Source of the DNA: Minutocellus sp. GHC0000111
Taxonomy: Eukaryota
DNA length: 64,000 nucleotides
Assembly: GCA_977018835.1 (NCBI GenBank)
Contig: OZ361257.1
Location: 3,472,001-3,536,000 of the forward strand
Reading direction: 5' to 3'
Shown: positions 47,479 through 57,771 of the stretch, piece after piece
Position numbering within the stretch: the first letter of the stretch is position 1
Layout: the number at the start of each line of letters is the position of its first letter
The notes under the pieces: generated by a model
Database searches by the model: none
The model's input: the letters and a program-made list of their open reading frames with translations, nothing else
What the model was told of the DNA's origin: nothing
Program-made: the position numbers and the translations under genes

Positions 47479-50295
47479 ATGTCTTCGATAAAGGCATGGC
47501 TGTATAGCGGCCGGTCGACGGCACCTGCACCGAGTTCCCCTTCCAACGAAACCCCTGGCAAAAGTGACACATCGAAAGCGTCAAGCCTCGCAGATATGTC
47601 CGAACGATCACGGGCGGCAGCTGCAGGCAAGGCCGGTGAACACTTCGCTGATATGGCACTGGGTGACGGCTTTGGGGCTTTGGTCAGCTTTGATTCAACC
47701 TCGTCGGTGCCACATTTGGGGGAGGATGCCGTTGCGGCAGCTTCAGAAGAAATAACCCTTGGTGCTGTAGAAGATGCGGATGCGAACACAAATGCTCACC
47801 CACCGAGTGATCCAACGACATTCGCAGCTGCTGCAGCTGCTGAGACTACAGAGTTGCCAAATCCTCTCGAGGGACGAAATAGTATGGCACAAGTAGTTCC
47901 AGAGCCAGACTTTTTGCTGGACGCCGACGGGTTTGGAGCCATATTATGCGCCGAAATGGCAATGGAGCAAAAAGATGTTCCGGCAACTATGCCGCCGCCA
48001 GCGCCATCAGGTGCGCTGTACCCCGAAGTAGCAAATTGGTTGGCAAATGCATGTGCAAATGATGGGACAGCAGGCAAGACCGCATTAAATGCTTCGAGTG
48101 ACAAGGGAATTACAGGGAAGTCTCGCCCGTCTCTCATCCAGCGCATTGATAGATATCTTTTCCCTCCATCGAAGCTCATTGTAGACGGAACACTACTACC
48201 ATCTCCGGCATCTCCTCCCAAACTGAATGGCAACGGGAGCAAATTAGAGGTTGACTTTCCCCCGGATGGAAGGAAAAGTTCTCCCGACTCTTCTAACAAG
48301 AAGCGTGATAGGAATCTTATCGGAACAGCCAGGCTGGGGTCTATTGTTGGTGCTGTCTCTCGACGCTCTTCTCACGTAGCAACAGCCAATAATAAGACTC
48401 CAATACCGATACCGCCTCCCCCCCAAACATTACGAAGCAATCAGATTCTTCTTTGGGGTGCAACTACGGTGGAGTCTCATTATCAGCAGATACGTCACGC
48501 CTTGGAAACGGCAAGAGGGATGCATGGTGCCGATGGTTTGCGTGCGGTGGGATTCGAGTACAGAATTGTTCCGTGTGAGGTCCACGCAGCAGCTGCTGCA
48601 AAAGCAGAGAAGTATAACATGAAAAATCTCAAGTCAAGTGGAGAAAGCTCGGGACGACATGAGGCTATTGGGGGGCATGATACGCAACAAAATGGTGTGC
48701 TTATGAAGTCCATGTCTAACATCGATGATACCGATTCAAACCTAGAGCAAACAATTTCGAGGGGTCGATCTTTATCTGATGCGGGAGTCTCATATGATTC
48801 GCTTCATGACAATGATATCATTACACCTTTGCCCATCTCAGCACCTACATCGCATAACCTCCATCAAATGATCATTGTTCCTTCATACGCGCCAAATGTG
48901 GGTGACTTGGTTGAGTCTGCTGCAATCAGAGAAAGGAAGGTTCGTGGATTTGCCGATACTAGTAATGATGCACATTCCCGTATGGTTTCGGTATCATCGG
49001 AAACGTCGCTTTCAACGATTTTTGATAACATGCTTGAAAGTGATGACGAAGCAGACAGGATCATTGAAAGATCTCTCAACGTGACAAAAGGGGGAGCAGC
49101 TATGCCATTGAATGATATTGAAGTCAAAGAAGAGTCACCGAGTGACTCTGGAAGTTTTGCATTTGAGCAAAGCCCTCAGCCTGATGATAGATGCTTTGAG
49201 TGCTTCACGAGGCTATTCCATGTTGGATCTGATACAATGATAACGGAAGAGAATTGGAATCGGTATATTGCGTTTGGTGACATGTACGATGAAATGTCTC
49301 GCATGTGTCAAGAGTTTGCTCAGGAGCAGATGATGGATGAAGGAGGGTTGATTTGGGTTACCATTTGCGAAGATAGCGGTAAGGGAAACCCCTTTCGCGC
49401 TCTTGTTGACGAAGATCACTCCCAGCGTCCTGGACCTATCTTGCTGGTTATAACAGGTAAGGGAAATGTACGCACGGGCATCTTCTCTAGACGACATTTG
49501 CTGACGTCGGGTGTGGAGTGCAGCACTGCCCTTCCAATGGTTCGAGAAGCTAAGCGGCGGGGCATGAAGGTGGCAATGATCGATCCAAATGCTCGTGGCG
49601 AACAGGAGGGTATGAGCACATTTGAAATGTCTGTTCGAGCACTTTTTGGGCACACAGACTGGGATAAGGAAGGGACTGGAGACGAGCGGGGTCCATTTAC
49701 CTCGGAGTTTTTCAACCCTTACCTACATGATTGCCCACTGTATGTCCTGGCGCACAGCGCGGCTGGGGGGCAGCTATGCAGATATTTGCTGGACCAAGCC
49801 CATCATTTACTTCCACAGATTGCCGCTATCGTATTTACAGATAGTACGCATAACATTCAGTGGGCTAAACGCCATGAAAGTCTTCAGCGATTATTGGAGT
49901 CACCGGCCTGTGTTTATTTGAGATCATCCAACGAGTGAAACGACAATGATTGGGAACTGAAGCAAGCCGGTGACGTTGTTGATGTTGATCATCACTGGCG
50001 AAGAAGATTTGGCAATATCCAGACTCTCTGGGCGGGAACAACGGAGCATACCATAATGAACTGGACCTCCCATCATCAAATTTGGCAGCATTTTGACAGA
50101 TTCAGAATTCCAGATATTAGTCAAGGCGTCGCGAGCCTTCAGAATGCGATAGATGAATCGTTGCAAAATGATCAGGGAGAAATGGATGAGAATGATTCTA
50201 ACGAAGATCACCACAGCGTCGCAACATTTGATTTAGGGGTTGGTGTTCCCCACAAGAACAAACGCGACCGCTCTGTAGACTTGGTAACTTTGTAG
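47479..50295 (+). CDS. FAM172/Arb2-like alpha/beta-hydrolase-fold protein; in-frame TGA at 49936-49938
   Basis: TGKGNVRTGIFSRR, DPN, AHSAAG, FTDSTH; same frame continues WAGTTEH after the TGA. Confidence 0.8.
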
Positions 50296-50343
50296 ATGAC
50301 AGATCAATTGATCTAGCTGCACAGTAGCTACGTAGATAGCTAG

Positions 50344-51468
50344 CTAGGTTAGTGACAATTCATCGTCATCATCGTTGAGATTGTCAACGACAGATAACAT
50401 GAGACTCGAAGCAATACTGTAATCATCATCATTCGCGTCATCATTCCGCATTTGTGGTATTTCCATCCCCCTTGCTCCAACACCATCATTCATCCCATCA
50501 AAAAGTTGCAATGCAGATTTTTGTCTCTTCTCTTGCCATCGTCCGTACGTGACCCACAAGAACCATCGCCACGTGAATCTCAAAACAATTACTGGAACGC
50601 CAATTGCTAACAATGCCCTCCTCAGCTCCTTATCTTCTTCCTCGTCTAGTAATTTGTAGACGACGACAAAAACTGCAACAAACGTCGCCGCCACCAGCAC
50701 ACCCCGGTCACTCACACTCATATCACACCAAGTTGAGAACCACACCGATATTTTCGTGCGGTTTCGGATCCGATCGTCGTTGATTTCCAATAAATGTTGA
50801 GCCCTCCTTCGTCGAGCCTCCGCTCTGGCCGCCTTGACTCGACCGACGACGTCCAACACGGGTGCCACAATCCGTTCTCCGAGCGACGATGCCGATTCCT
50901 TTCGAGAAATACCCAGTGATGAACCACTGGTTCCACCATTGGTCTTTACTGGAGTTGGATTGTACCGCGAAATGCCGTACTCCATATCCTCGTCAAAATT
51001 CTCCTCATCAAAATCCTCGTCGAACGACGTTGACAGTGGCCCAAGGATCCTACGCGGACTGCTGGCGATGCTGCTCTCACCGCCGTCGGTCCTTGTTGTT
51101 TCGTTGTCAAAGGCATCTGATTCTTGTCGCCTAACAGAGCTTGCGATTTCCTTCATGTTGTCATGGTTTGGGTGTTCGTCATTATTTCCGTCCGCATCAT
51201 TATCTGGTTCATACTGGTCGTCGGTTTGGTCAAGTCTGTGGAATTTTCCGCCAGCACCACCCCCAGGACGTCGTATTCTGCCAATAAAGCTCTTGTTGCG
51301 CCCATCTTCGTGGTCATGTTCATCGGACGAATAATCGAAATTAACCTCATCATCGTGGGAGAGAACATGGACTGCCTGGCTCGTGAGGTCGTGGTGCGTC
51401 TCCACATCATCCTCGATGGTTACATGTTCCACCGAAGCAGGATCTTGGGTGCTCTCTCCGTTAACCAT
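50344..51468 (-). CDS. Hypothetical acidic two-TM membrane protein
   Basis: 374-aa ORF, acidic disordered N-terminus, two hydrophobic helices. Confidence 0.7.
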   Translation of the reverse strand: MVNGESTQDPASVEHVTIEDDVETHHDLTSQAVHVLSHDDEVNFDYSSDEHDHEDGRNKSFIGRIRRPGGGAGGKFHRLDQTDDQYEPDNDADGNNDEHPNHDNMKEIASSVRRQESDAFDNETTRTDGGESSIASSPRRILGPLSTSFDEDFDEENFDEDMEYGISRYNPTPVKTNGGTSGSSLGISRKESASSLGERIVAPVLDVVGRVKAARAEARRRRAQHLLEINDDRIRNRTKISVWFSTWCDMSVSDRGVLVAATFVAVFVVVYKLLDEEEDKELRRALLAIGVPVIVLRFTWRWFLWVTYGRWQEKRQKSALQLFDGMNDGVGARGMEIPQMRNDDANDDDYSIASSLMLSVVDNLNDDDDELSLT

Positions 51469-51791
51469 CTGTGCGTCGCTACTGCGTGGCAGCTTTGCTT
51501 TGTCGGTACTAGCTACTAGCTACTATCTAGCTAGTAGCTAGCTAGTACTTGAAATGGCGGCTCTTTGGCTCTTATTTTTTTGCACGCACGTTGGTTGGGG
51601 GAGCGGAATGGCTGCAATCTTCAAAACTGAAAAACGCTCAACCAAGATGCGAATGCGGTTGGTTTTTCCGCCCTGTCGATATGATTCAAGACAAATTTTT
51701 TACGTGTGAGATTTTAGTTGAGCCGTTGCGCCAATCTCTCATGAGCTCATGAGCACGATACTTCCTTGACCGCCCTCAAGCCAAGGCTCCG

Positions 51792-53309
51792 ATGTTGCCC
51801 CGACGAGCCGTTGATGTTCAGCCACTGGTCGAGGAGGGAGCCGCCTTGTCTCTCCCTCCCATGCCGCCTGCTCTGGCAGATAAGGCTGATAGCATCGTCA
51901 TTCCATTGACAGGACAGCAAAAGACGGTGGCGCATCTCACAGTGGACGTTGCCTTCCGGTACTCCATGCAGGCGGATATTGGTGCTCTTCGCCTTGCACT
52001 TGCAAAGGTAATGGTCAAATTCCCAGTACTCGCAGGAAGGGCGGTGCGTCTAGAAGAACAAGACGATGAAGAGAGTAGTACTGGTGAACTGGCTCTTTGC
52101 GTTCCGAAATTTCGACAACCAATTCCAACATGGGCCTACGTGCCCTTTGCTCATGCCGAAGCTCCAGATGACATAGAGCCTCCTTGTGATGGCATTGCAC
52201 CTGATAATATGTTTGATTTGGTCACCGACTGCATTCCCTCTGAAAGTGTTGTATATCGTCATATTGATGGCTCGAACACAGGCACAACAACAAGTGATCC
52301 CATCGACCAGTCGATGCTTGGTGAACCTTTGACTCGAATCAGGGTGACGAATTACAAATCGGGGTGTCAGATCATCGCTCTATCGATCAACCACACTCTG
52401 GTAGATGCTGGATCGATTGGTTTGTTTTGGTCTGCATGGTCTGAGCAGTATCGAACTTGTCGATATGGTGATGGAGAAACTGTGGATATAAAAGTCACAT
52501 TTGATCATCCAATATTTTCGTCAGCGAGCAAGGAGGATGGTGATGAGAGGGCAAGTACTCCTGATGAGTGGAAGGCACTACTACCGAACGAGATTGAGGG
52601 GGGCAATCCATTCGATGAAAGTAGTGCGAAACCAATTTTACCAACAGCAACATGCACTATATACGAACGAACAGTCCAACAAATCAAGCAGCTCAAGAGG
52701 GAAATGCTGGAGCTGCATAAAAACCGTGGCCATACGCCGCCATTTTTGTCCTCCAATGATATACTGTGCGGTGAAGTTTGCCGAATACTCGATGCGACCT
52801 CAATTTTGTTGTGCATGAATTGGAGACCAGTGCTTGATAGAAGCAATTTCTTTGGGTATGCACTTTTGTTTCTTTACTTATCGTTTGCTAATGCCATGGA
52901 TGCATCGATTGCGTGCCGAAGAATATTGGGTTGGAATCAGCACCATTCAAGTAAGGGATGCGAAGGAATTGTACGAAATGAAGATTTCGTCAAATGGAAA
53001 ATGAGAAATGAAGGCAAGCAGGGGGCAACGCAGTTGATCTGGAACTCTTGGGCTGGTTTCTTTACAATTTTAGGAGAAGAAGAGATTGATGCAGAAAGCA
53101 GGACTATAGATGGCATGCCTCAAATGAAAATGGAGCGCTATCCAGATGATATCATGATGAGTGATCAAATGAAGAGGATGCGGATAGCTGTTGCGAATAA
53201 AGGCCTTTCATATGCCATAGTGCTACCACAACCTGCAAAGGCCGTGCGATTGTATTTCTTTGGCCAACCTCAACATGGAAAATCTTTGCTGACGGCACAT
53301 TCTAGCTAA
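51792..53309 (+). CDS. HXXXD CoA-dependent acyltransferase (BAHD/Transferase-like)
   Basis: LAKVMVKFPVLAGR, HTLVDAG, LSSNDIL, NFFG. Confidence 0.8.
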   Translation: MLPRRAVDVQPLVEEGAALSLPPMPPALADKADSIVIPLTGQQKTVAHLTVDVAFRYSMQADIGALRLALAKVMVKFPVLAGRAVRLEEQDDEESSTGELALCVPKFRQPIPTWAYVPFAHAEAPDDIEPPCDGIAPDNMFDLVTDCIPSESVVYRHIDGSNTGTTTSDPIDQSMLGEPLTRIRVTNYKSGCQIIALSINHTLVDAGSIGLFWSAWSEQYRTCRYGDGETVDIKVTFDHPIFSSASKEDGDERASTPDEWKALLPNEIEGGNPFDESSAKPILPTATCTIYERTVQQIKQLKREMLELHKNRGHTPPFLSSNDILCGEVCRILDATSILLCMNWRPVLDRSNFFGYALLFLYLSFANAMDASIACRRILGWNQHHSSKGCEGIVRNEDFVKWKMRNEGKQGATQLIWNSWAGFFTILGEEEIDAESRTIDGMPQMKMERYPDDIMMSDQMKRMRIAVANKGLSYAIVLPQPAKAVRLYFFGQPQHGKSLLTAHSS

Positions 53310-53360
53310 GTTATACTCAGAATTAAAAGATCGTTACAGCTGTTGAAAACATTTCTTCAT

Positions 53361-54305
53361 CTATCTTGGAGCAACTTGACCTGTTTTGATTGCCCAACGC
53401 ACGAGCTCTGTTCGTGTCCTTGTCCTTGTTTTGAGGTAAAGGTTCGATATCGTCCTGTTGATTCCAATCACACTCACCCCCCTTTCTTGTGCAATCTCAC
53501 CATTGGTAAATCCCTTGCACAACAGAGTCAATACCTCTCGCTCGGCGGGTGTAAGGTGCACATCGGTCGCCTTGACTACCTTTTGCCCATTTTTGCGCAA
53601 TATCTCCTTGATATTGGTTATTTCCGATTTCAGATCCACAAGGGAACCATTGGAATTCTTACCCGTCATTTGCTTCCTTCGCCGTATGGAGTTATCAATA
53701 ATGCTCAGCAATTCATCCGGATTAAAGGGTTTGGGCAGATACGCATAAGCTCCAGCCTTGTAGCCTTCTATTCGATCCTTGGTGAGGGATTTGGCCGTGA
53801 GCAAAATCACAGGAACGCGAGCTAGTCGCTCATCCGATCGAAGGAGACCCAGCAGTTCCAACCCATCCTTTCCAGGCATTCGAATGTCGCTCACAATTAC
53901 ATCGGGTACCGGTGGCAATTCTCCGTCGGCTTTGGGTAAGGCACAAACCTCCAGCAATGCGTCCGCATCTGCACAGGCCGTTACTTGGTATCCTTGGTCA
54001 TAGAGGTAGTCGCCAACGGCAAGGCGGATGGATTCCTCATCGTCAACCAGAACCACCCAATGCCGCGTCCGCTCTCGAAAGGATTCATCTTTTATTTTGA
54101 ACTCTTCTACATCGTCGTTGGCTGATTTGCCATTGGCAATGATGCTGGCAGAGTTCGATCGATGTCTCGGTCGTACTCGTAACCATACAGGCAATGCTTG
54201 TGCCGGGCTTCCATCGTGCGGTGTGGGATGGTGGTTCGAAGGCACAAATGCAGCGCACAAAGAAGGCAGGAAGCCAAGTATTAATAGGGCTATTGAAGAT
54301 GTCAT
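53361..54305 (-). CDS. ycf29: Plastid-targeted NarL/LuxR response regulator (Ycf29-like)
   Basis: Signal peptide plus CAAFVP; receiver motifs VDDE, SDIRMP, LLTAK, LPKPF; LuxR HTH LTPAEREVL..GFTNGEIA. Confidence 0.85.
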   Translation of the reverse strand: MTSSIALLILGFLPSLCAAFVPSNHHPTPHDGSPAQALPVWLRVRPRHRSNSASIIANGKSANDDVEEFKIKDESFRERTRHWVVLVDDEESIRLAVGDYLYDQGYQVTACADADALLEVCALPKADGELPPVPDVIVSDIRMPGKDGLELLGLLRSDERLARVPVILLTAKSLTKDRIEGYKAGAYAYLPKPFNPDELLSIIDNSIRRRKQMTGKNSNGSLVDLKSEITNIKEILRKNGQKVVKATDVHLTPAEREVLTLLCKGFTNGEIAQERGVSVIGINRTISNLYLKTRTRTRTELVRWAIKTGQVAPR

Positions 54306-54392
54306 GATACGCGTTGTGTTTATGAAGGGAAAGCAGTTGCAATAGAGTACTCGTATGCATGCGATTACAGTGGCAACTCTCATCTCTCATCT

Positions 54393-54432
54393 GGCCATAT
54401 CAAATTAAATTCGGCCATATCAAATTAAATTC
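54393..54432. repeat. Perfect 2x20-bp tandem repeat in divergent ycf29/GET3 intergenic region
   Basis: GGCCATATCAAATTAAATTC twice. Confidence 0.95.
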
Positions 54433-54623
54433 GGTAAGGTCTGGCCTTCACCCGTCGACCGACAAGCCGACAAAAAAACGTTCAGCACGTCCGTCGTTCG
54501 GCCAAGGCAAACCGCCATCGTCATTCTTCTTGCCTCCTCGTGTATCATCCCGGTGAAGAGCACCCACACGGTGGACAACGCATCCAACCTTCATAGCTTG
54601 AACTTTATTTTACATACATAAAA

Positions 54624-55703
54624 ATGGCCGAATTTGACGACAGCGATCTTCCCGATCCCTCGCTCATGAACATCATCGAGCAGGACTCTCTCAAGTGGGT
54701 CTTCGTTGGTGGCAAGGGTGGAGTCGGTAAGACCACCACCTCGTGCTGCCTTGGCGTCCAGCTCGCCAAGACCCGCAAGAAGGTCCTCATCGTCAGTACT
54801 GACCCGGCCCACAACCTGTCCGATGCCTTCTGCCAGAAGATCGGCCGCGAGCCTACCCCCATCTAGGGCTTCGACAACCTCTCGGCCATGGAAATTGACG
54901 CCAACGACGACATGGAGCAGATGCAGCAGTCCATGGAGGAGGCGGCCGGCGCCGACGGCGGTGACGATTCCGCCATCTCCTCCATCATGGCCGAGCTGAC
55001 CAACTCCATCCCCGGCATCGACGAGGCCATGTCCTTCTCCGAGCTCATGAAGCAGGTCCAGGGCCTCGACTACGACGTCGTCGTCTTCGACACGGCCCCC
55101 ACCGGCCATACCCTCCGCCTCCTCTCCTTCCCCACCATCATGGAGAAGGCCCTCGGCAAGGTGATGGAGCTCAAGGACCGCTTCGGCGGCCTCATCAACC
55201 AGGCCTCCGCCATGTTCGGCGGCGGAAACGGCGCCGACATGCAGGAAATGCTCATCGGCCGCCTCGAGGAGACCCGATCCATCATCAACAAGGTCAACGA
55301 CACCTTCCAGGATCCCGCCGTCACCACCTTCGTCTGCGTTTGCATCCCCGAATTCCTCTCCATCTACGAGACCGAGCGCCTCGTCCAGGAGCTTTCCAAA
55401 TTTGGCATCGACTCGCACAACATCGTTGTCAACCAGGTCTTGTTCCCCGAGAAGGATGCCGAGGAGCTCGGAGAGTGGCTCGAGGAGAACATCTCCGGCC
55501 TCCCCAAGGAGGCGCAGGAGATCTGCTCCAAGATGATGGCACGAAAGAAGATGCAGGACAAGTACATTGGACAGTGCTTCGACTTGTACGGCGATGACTT
55601 CCATGTTATTCTGATGCCCCTTTTGGATCACGAGGTGCGAGGAGTTGAAAAGCTCAAGGGCTTCTCGGAGAGTTTGATCAACCCCATTGACCTTGAGGGT
55701 TAA
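54624..55703 (+). CDS. GET3: ATPase GET3/ASNA1; in-frame TAG at 54864-54866
   Basis: [40 protein letters not shown]; both ORFs in the same frame. Confidence 0.95.
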
Positions 55704-56049
55704 ACAGACGACCTGATCCCATTGTTAACATAAGGTAGCAAGAAGAATTTTTTATCTGTCAATGTGTGATCCATTCATCTATTGTGCGTAAATTACCAGT
55801 TGTATTAGCAATATACCGGTAATTCATGGTTCTTCTACTTTTTTACAAAACAGATTTTGACTTGTTGAGAAGAGAGACGCTACCGGTACAAAACATGATT
55901 AATTAATGAACTTGTACGCAGTCAACACATTGCTAGAAAGATACAGACGGGTTAAGGTTTAAGGGTGCTGTATGCGGCAGGACTTACTTATTTTTACCAA
56001 AACTCAACGAGATACAAAGAGGATAAGAAGTGCGACACATCCAAAACAT

Positions 56050-56787
56050 CTACTCCTCCTCATCGTCATCGTCATCGTCATCGTCGTCTTCATCAAAATC
56101 CTCCCAACCATTGTCATCTTCGTCGTCCCAATCATCCTCGTCATCAAGAGTGTAGCCCATGGGCAGGTTGTCATCGTTCTCACCGAACGCCCCGACACTT
56201 TCCCTCTTGTATCCAGTATTGACCTTCTCAATCAAATGCATAACGTCGACAGCCGCACCGACATCGACCTGGACGAAGGTGAGGTCCGGCACGCTCTTCA
56301 TGTGACTAAGTCTTTGTGCCATGGCATGCTTAATCATCTTGCTGTTCTGAACCAGCCAGCTGTAGGCCCGGCGCTTGTCGACCGTGTCCTGGCTGCCAGT
56401 GCCGGTGACCGAAATGGTAATCCTAGCGTTGCGCAGATCGGGCGAAACGTCGGCATTGACGATGTTGATGCGCTTCAGGAGGTCGTCATCGAGCGGGTCG
56501 GCATACTTGACCGGATATCCCCTGTGGATGATCTGCGCCAGCTCCGTTCGGACCAGGTGGCCCACCCTCTCCTGACGCTTGGACCGTTCATTGCCCCTTC
56601 GATAGCGAGAGGAGGACCGACCATCGCCGTAGGAATTGTATCCCATCATTAGGGCCGAAGATGTGCTGGCTACTGCTATGGCATGGGCCGGTCCATGATT
56701 AGAGACTGGAGATACGACGAATGAAGTACTGGGGGCGGCGCTTGCCATCAAGGCAGCGCATACGAGGGCTGTTCTTCGACTCGCCAT
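56050..56787 (-). CDS. rbfA: Plastid ribosome-binding factor A
   Basis: Bipartite presequence; RQERVG, VSPDLRNA, MKSVPDLTF; acidic tail. Confidence 0.9.
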   Translation of the reverse strand: MASRRTALVCAALMASAAPSTSFVVSPVSNHGPAHAIAVASTSSALMMGYNSYGDGRSSSRYRRGNERSKRQERVGHLVRTELAQIIHRGYPVKYADPLDDDLLKRINIVNADVSPDLRNARITISVTGTGSQDTVDKRRAYSWLVQNSKMIKHAMAQRLSHMKSVPDLTFVQVDVGAAVDVMHLIEKVNTGYKRESVGAFGENDDNLPMGYTLDDEDDWDDEDDNGWEDFDEDDDDDDDDDEEE

Positions 56788-56979
56788 CTTGATTCGATTG
56801 CAACTTTGTGCGTCAGTTCGATGGACGGTCGCCGTCGAGTTGAGTACTCCCACGGCAAAGGATTCGGGGATTTAGAGCGGAAAGAAGGACAGACGTAGTT
56901 CCCGCCACTCGATCCACACTCACTCCACAGTCCACCCGACCCTTTTTCGATAGCCTTGCCTTGCTTGCGCCCTTGCCTT

Positions 56980-57010
56980 TTCTTTCCTTTCCTTTCCTTT
57001 CCTTTCCTTT
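56980..57010. repeat. (CTTTC)n pentanucleotide microsatellite
   Basis: Read directly. Confidence 0.9.
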
Positions 57011-57216
57011 GCTTACTTGCCTTCACGATCACCTTTCAACAACAACACCTTTCACCCTTCCCCGCGTGCCCGACCGACCGCCACTCTCTCCTCCGCTATC
57101 GCTAACGATTGTACAGATTGTGGTGCCGTGGCTGCTGAAGCTTGCTAATCATCTCATTTGACCCTTGGAGTGGCTCTTCAACTTCAATCGACCTCGCATT
57201 TCGTGCATATTTGAAA

Positions 57217-57702
57217 ATGTCGGCTCGACTTACCAATAGATTGCTAAAGGCCGTAGTGTCGGCAGAGCAACAGCGTCAAGAAAAAGTGGATGGTGTTGAT
57301 GGTGGAAGAAAAGGCAAAAAGGATGCATCCAAGATGATGAAGAAACGGGATGGGAAAAAGACATCCGCCGCCACCGTCGACGACGTCACTCGGGTTGACC
57401 CTGCCACGGCACATTTGAATGCCATTTTACAATTCGATCAGGCTATTGAGCGGTATTCCTCAAATGGTGAGAGATCGCTCAAACGAAAGAACCATGAGAA
57501 TGAGGCCGAAACCAAGAGACGAAAAAAGGCTAGACAGTCCAACATTTCCGGTGGGGGCAGCGCTCGGAGTAGTAACGGACCAAGCTTGAAGCTCGAAACA
57601 ACTTTCAATAAGAAGAGAGAATGCAAAAGATTGGAAGCCAAACGATTGGCTGACTTGGCTCGGGCTTTGAAGAAAGGAGCGAAGAAGAACAAGAAAAGGT
57701 AG
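57217..57702 (+). CDS. Small Lys/Arg-rich hypothetical protein, probably nuclear/nucleolar
   Basis: AAAATG start, 161-codon basic ORF with NLS-like runs. Confidence 0.65.
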   Translation: MSARLTNRLLKAVVSAEQQRQEKVDGVDGGRKGKKDASKMMKKRDGKKTSAATVDDVTRVDPATAHLNAILQFDQAIERYSSNGERSLKRKNHENEAETKRRKKARQSNISGGGSARSSNGPSLKLETTFNKKRECKRLEAKRLADLARALKKGAKKNKKR

Positions 57703-57771
57703 GGAATTCATAGCGTAGTTGTTCTGGTGTATACATATAGGCGACTAAAGTTTTTAAAATGAATTCCATAT

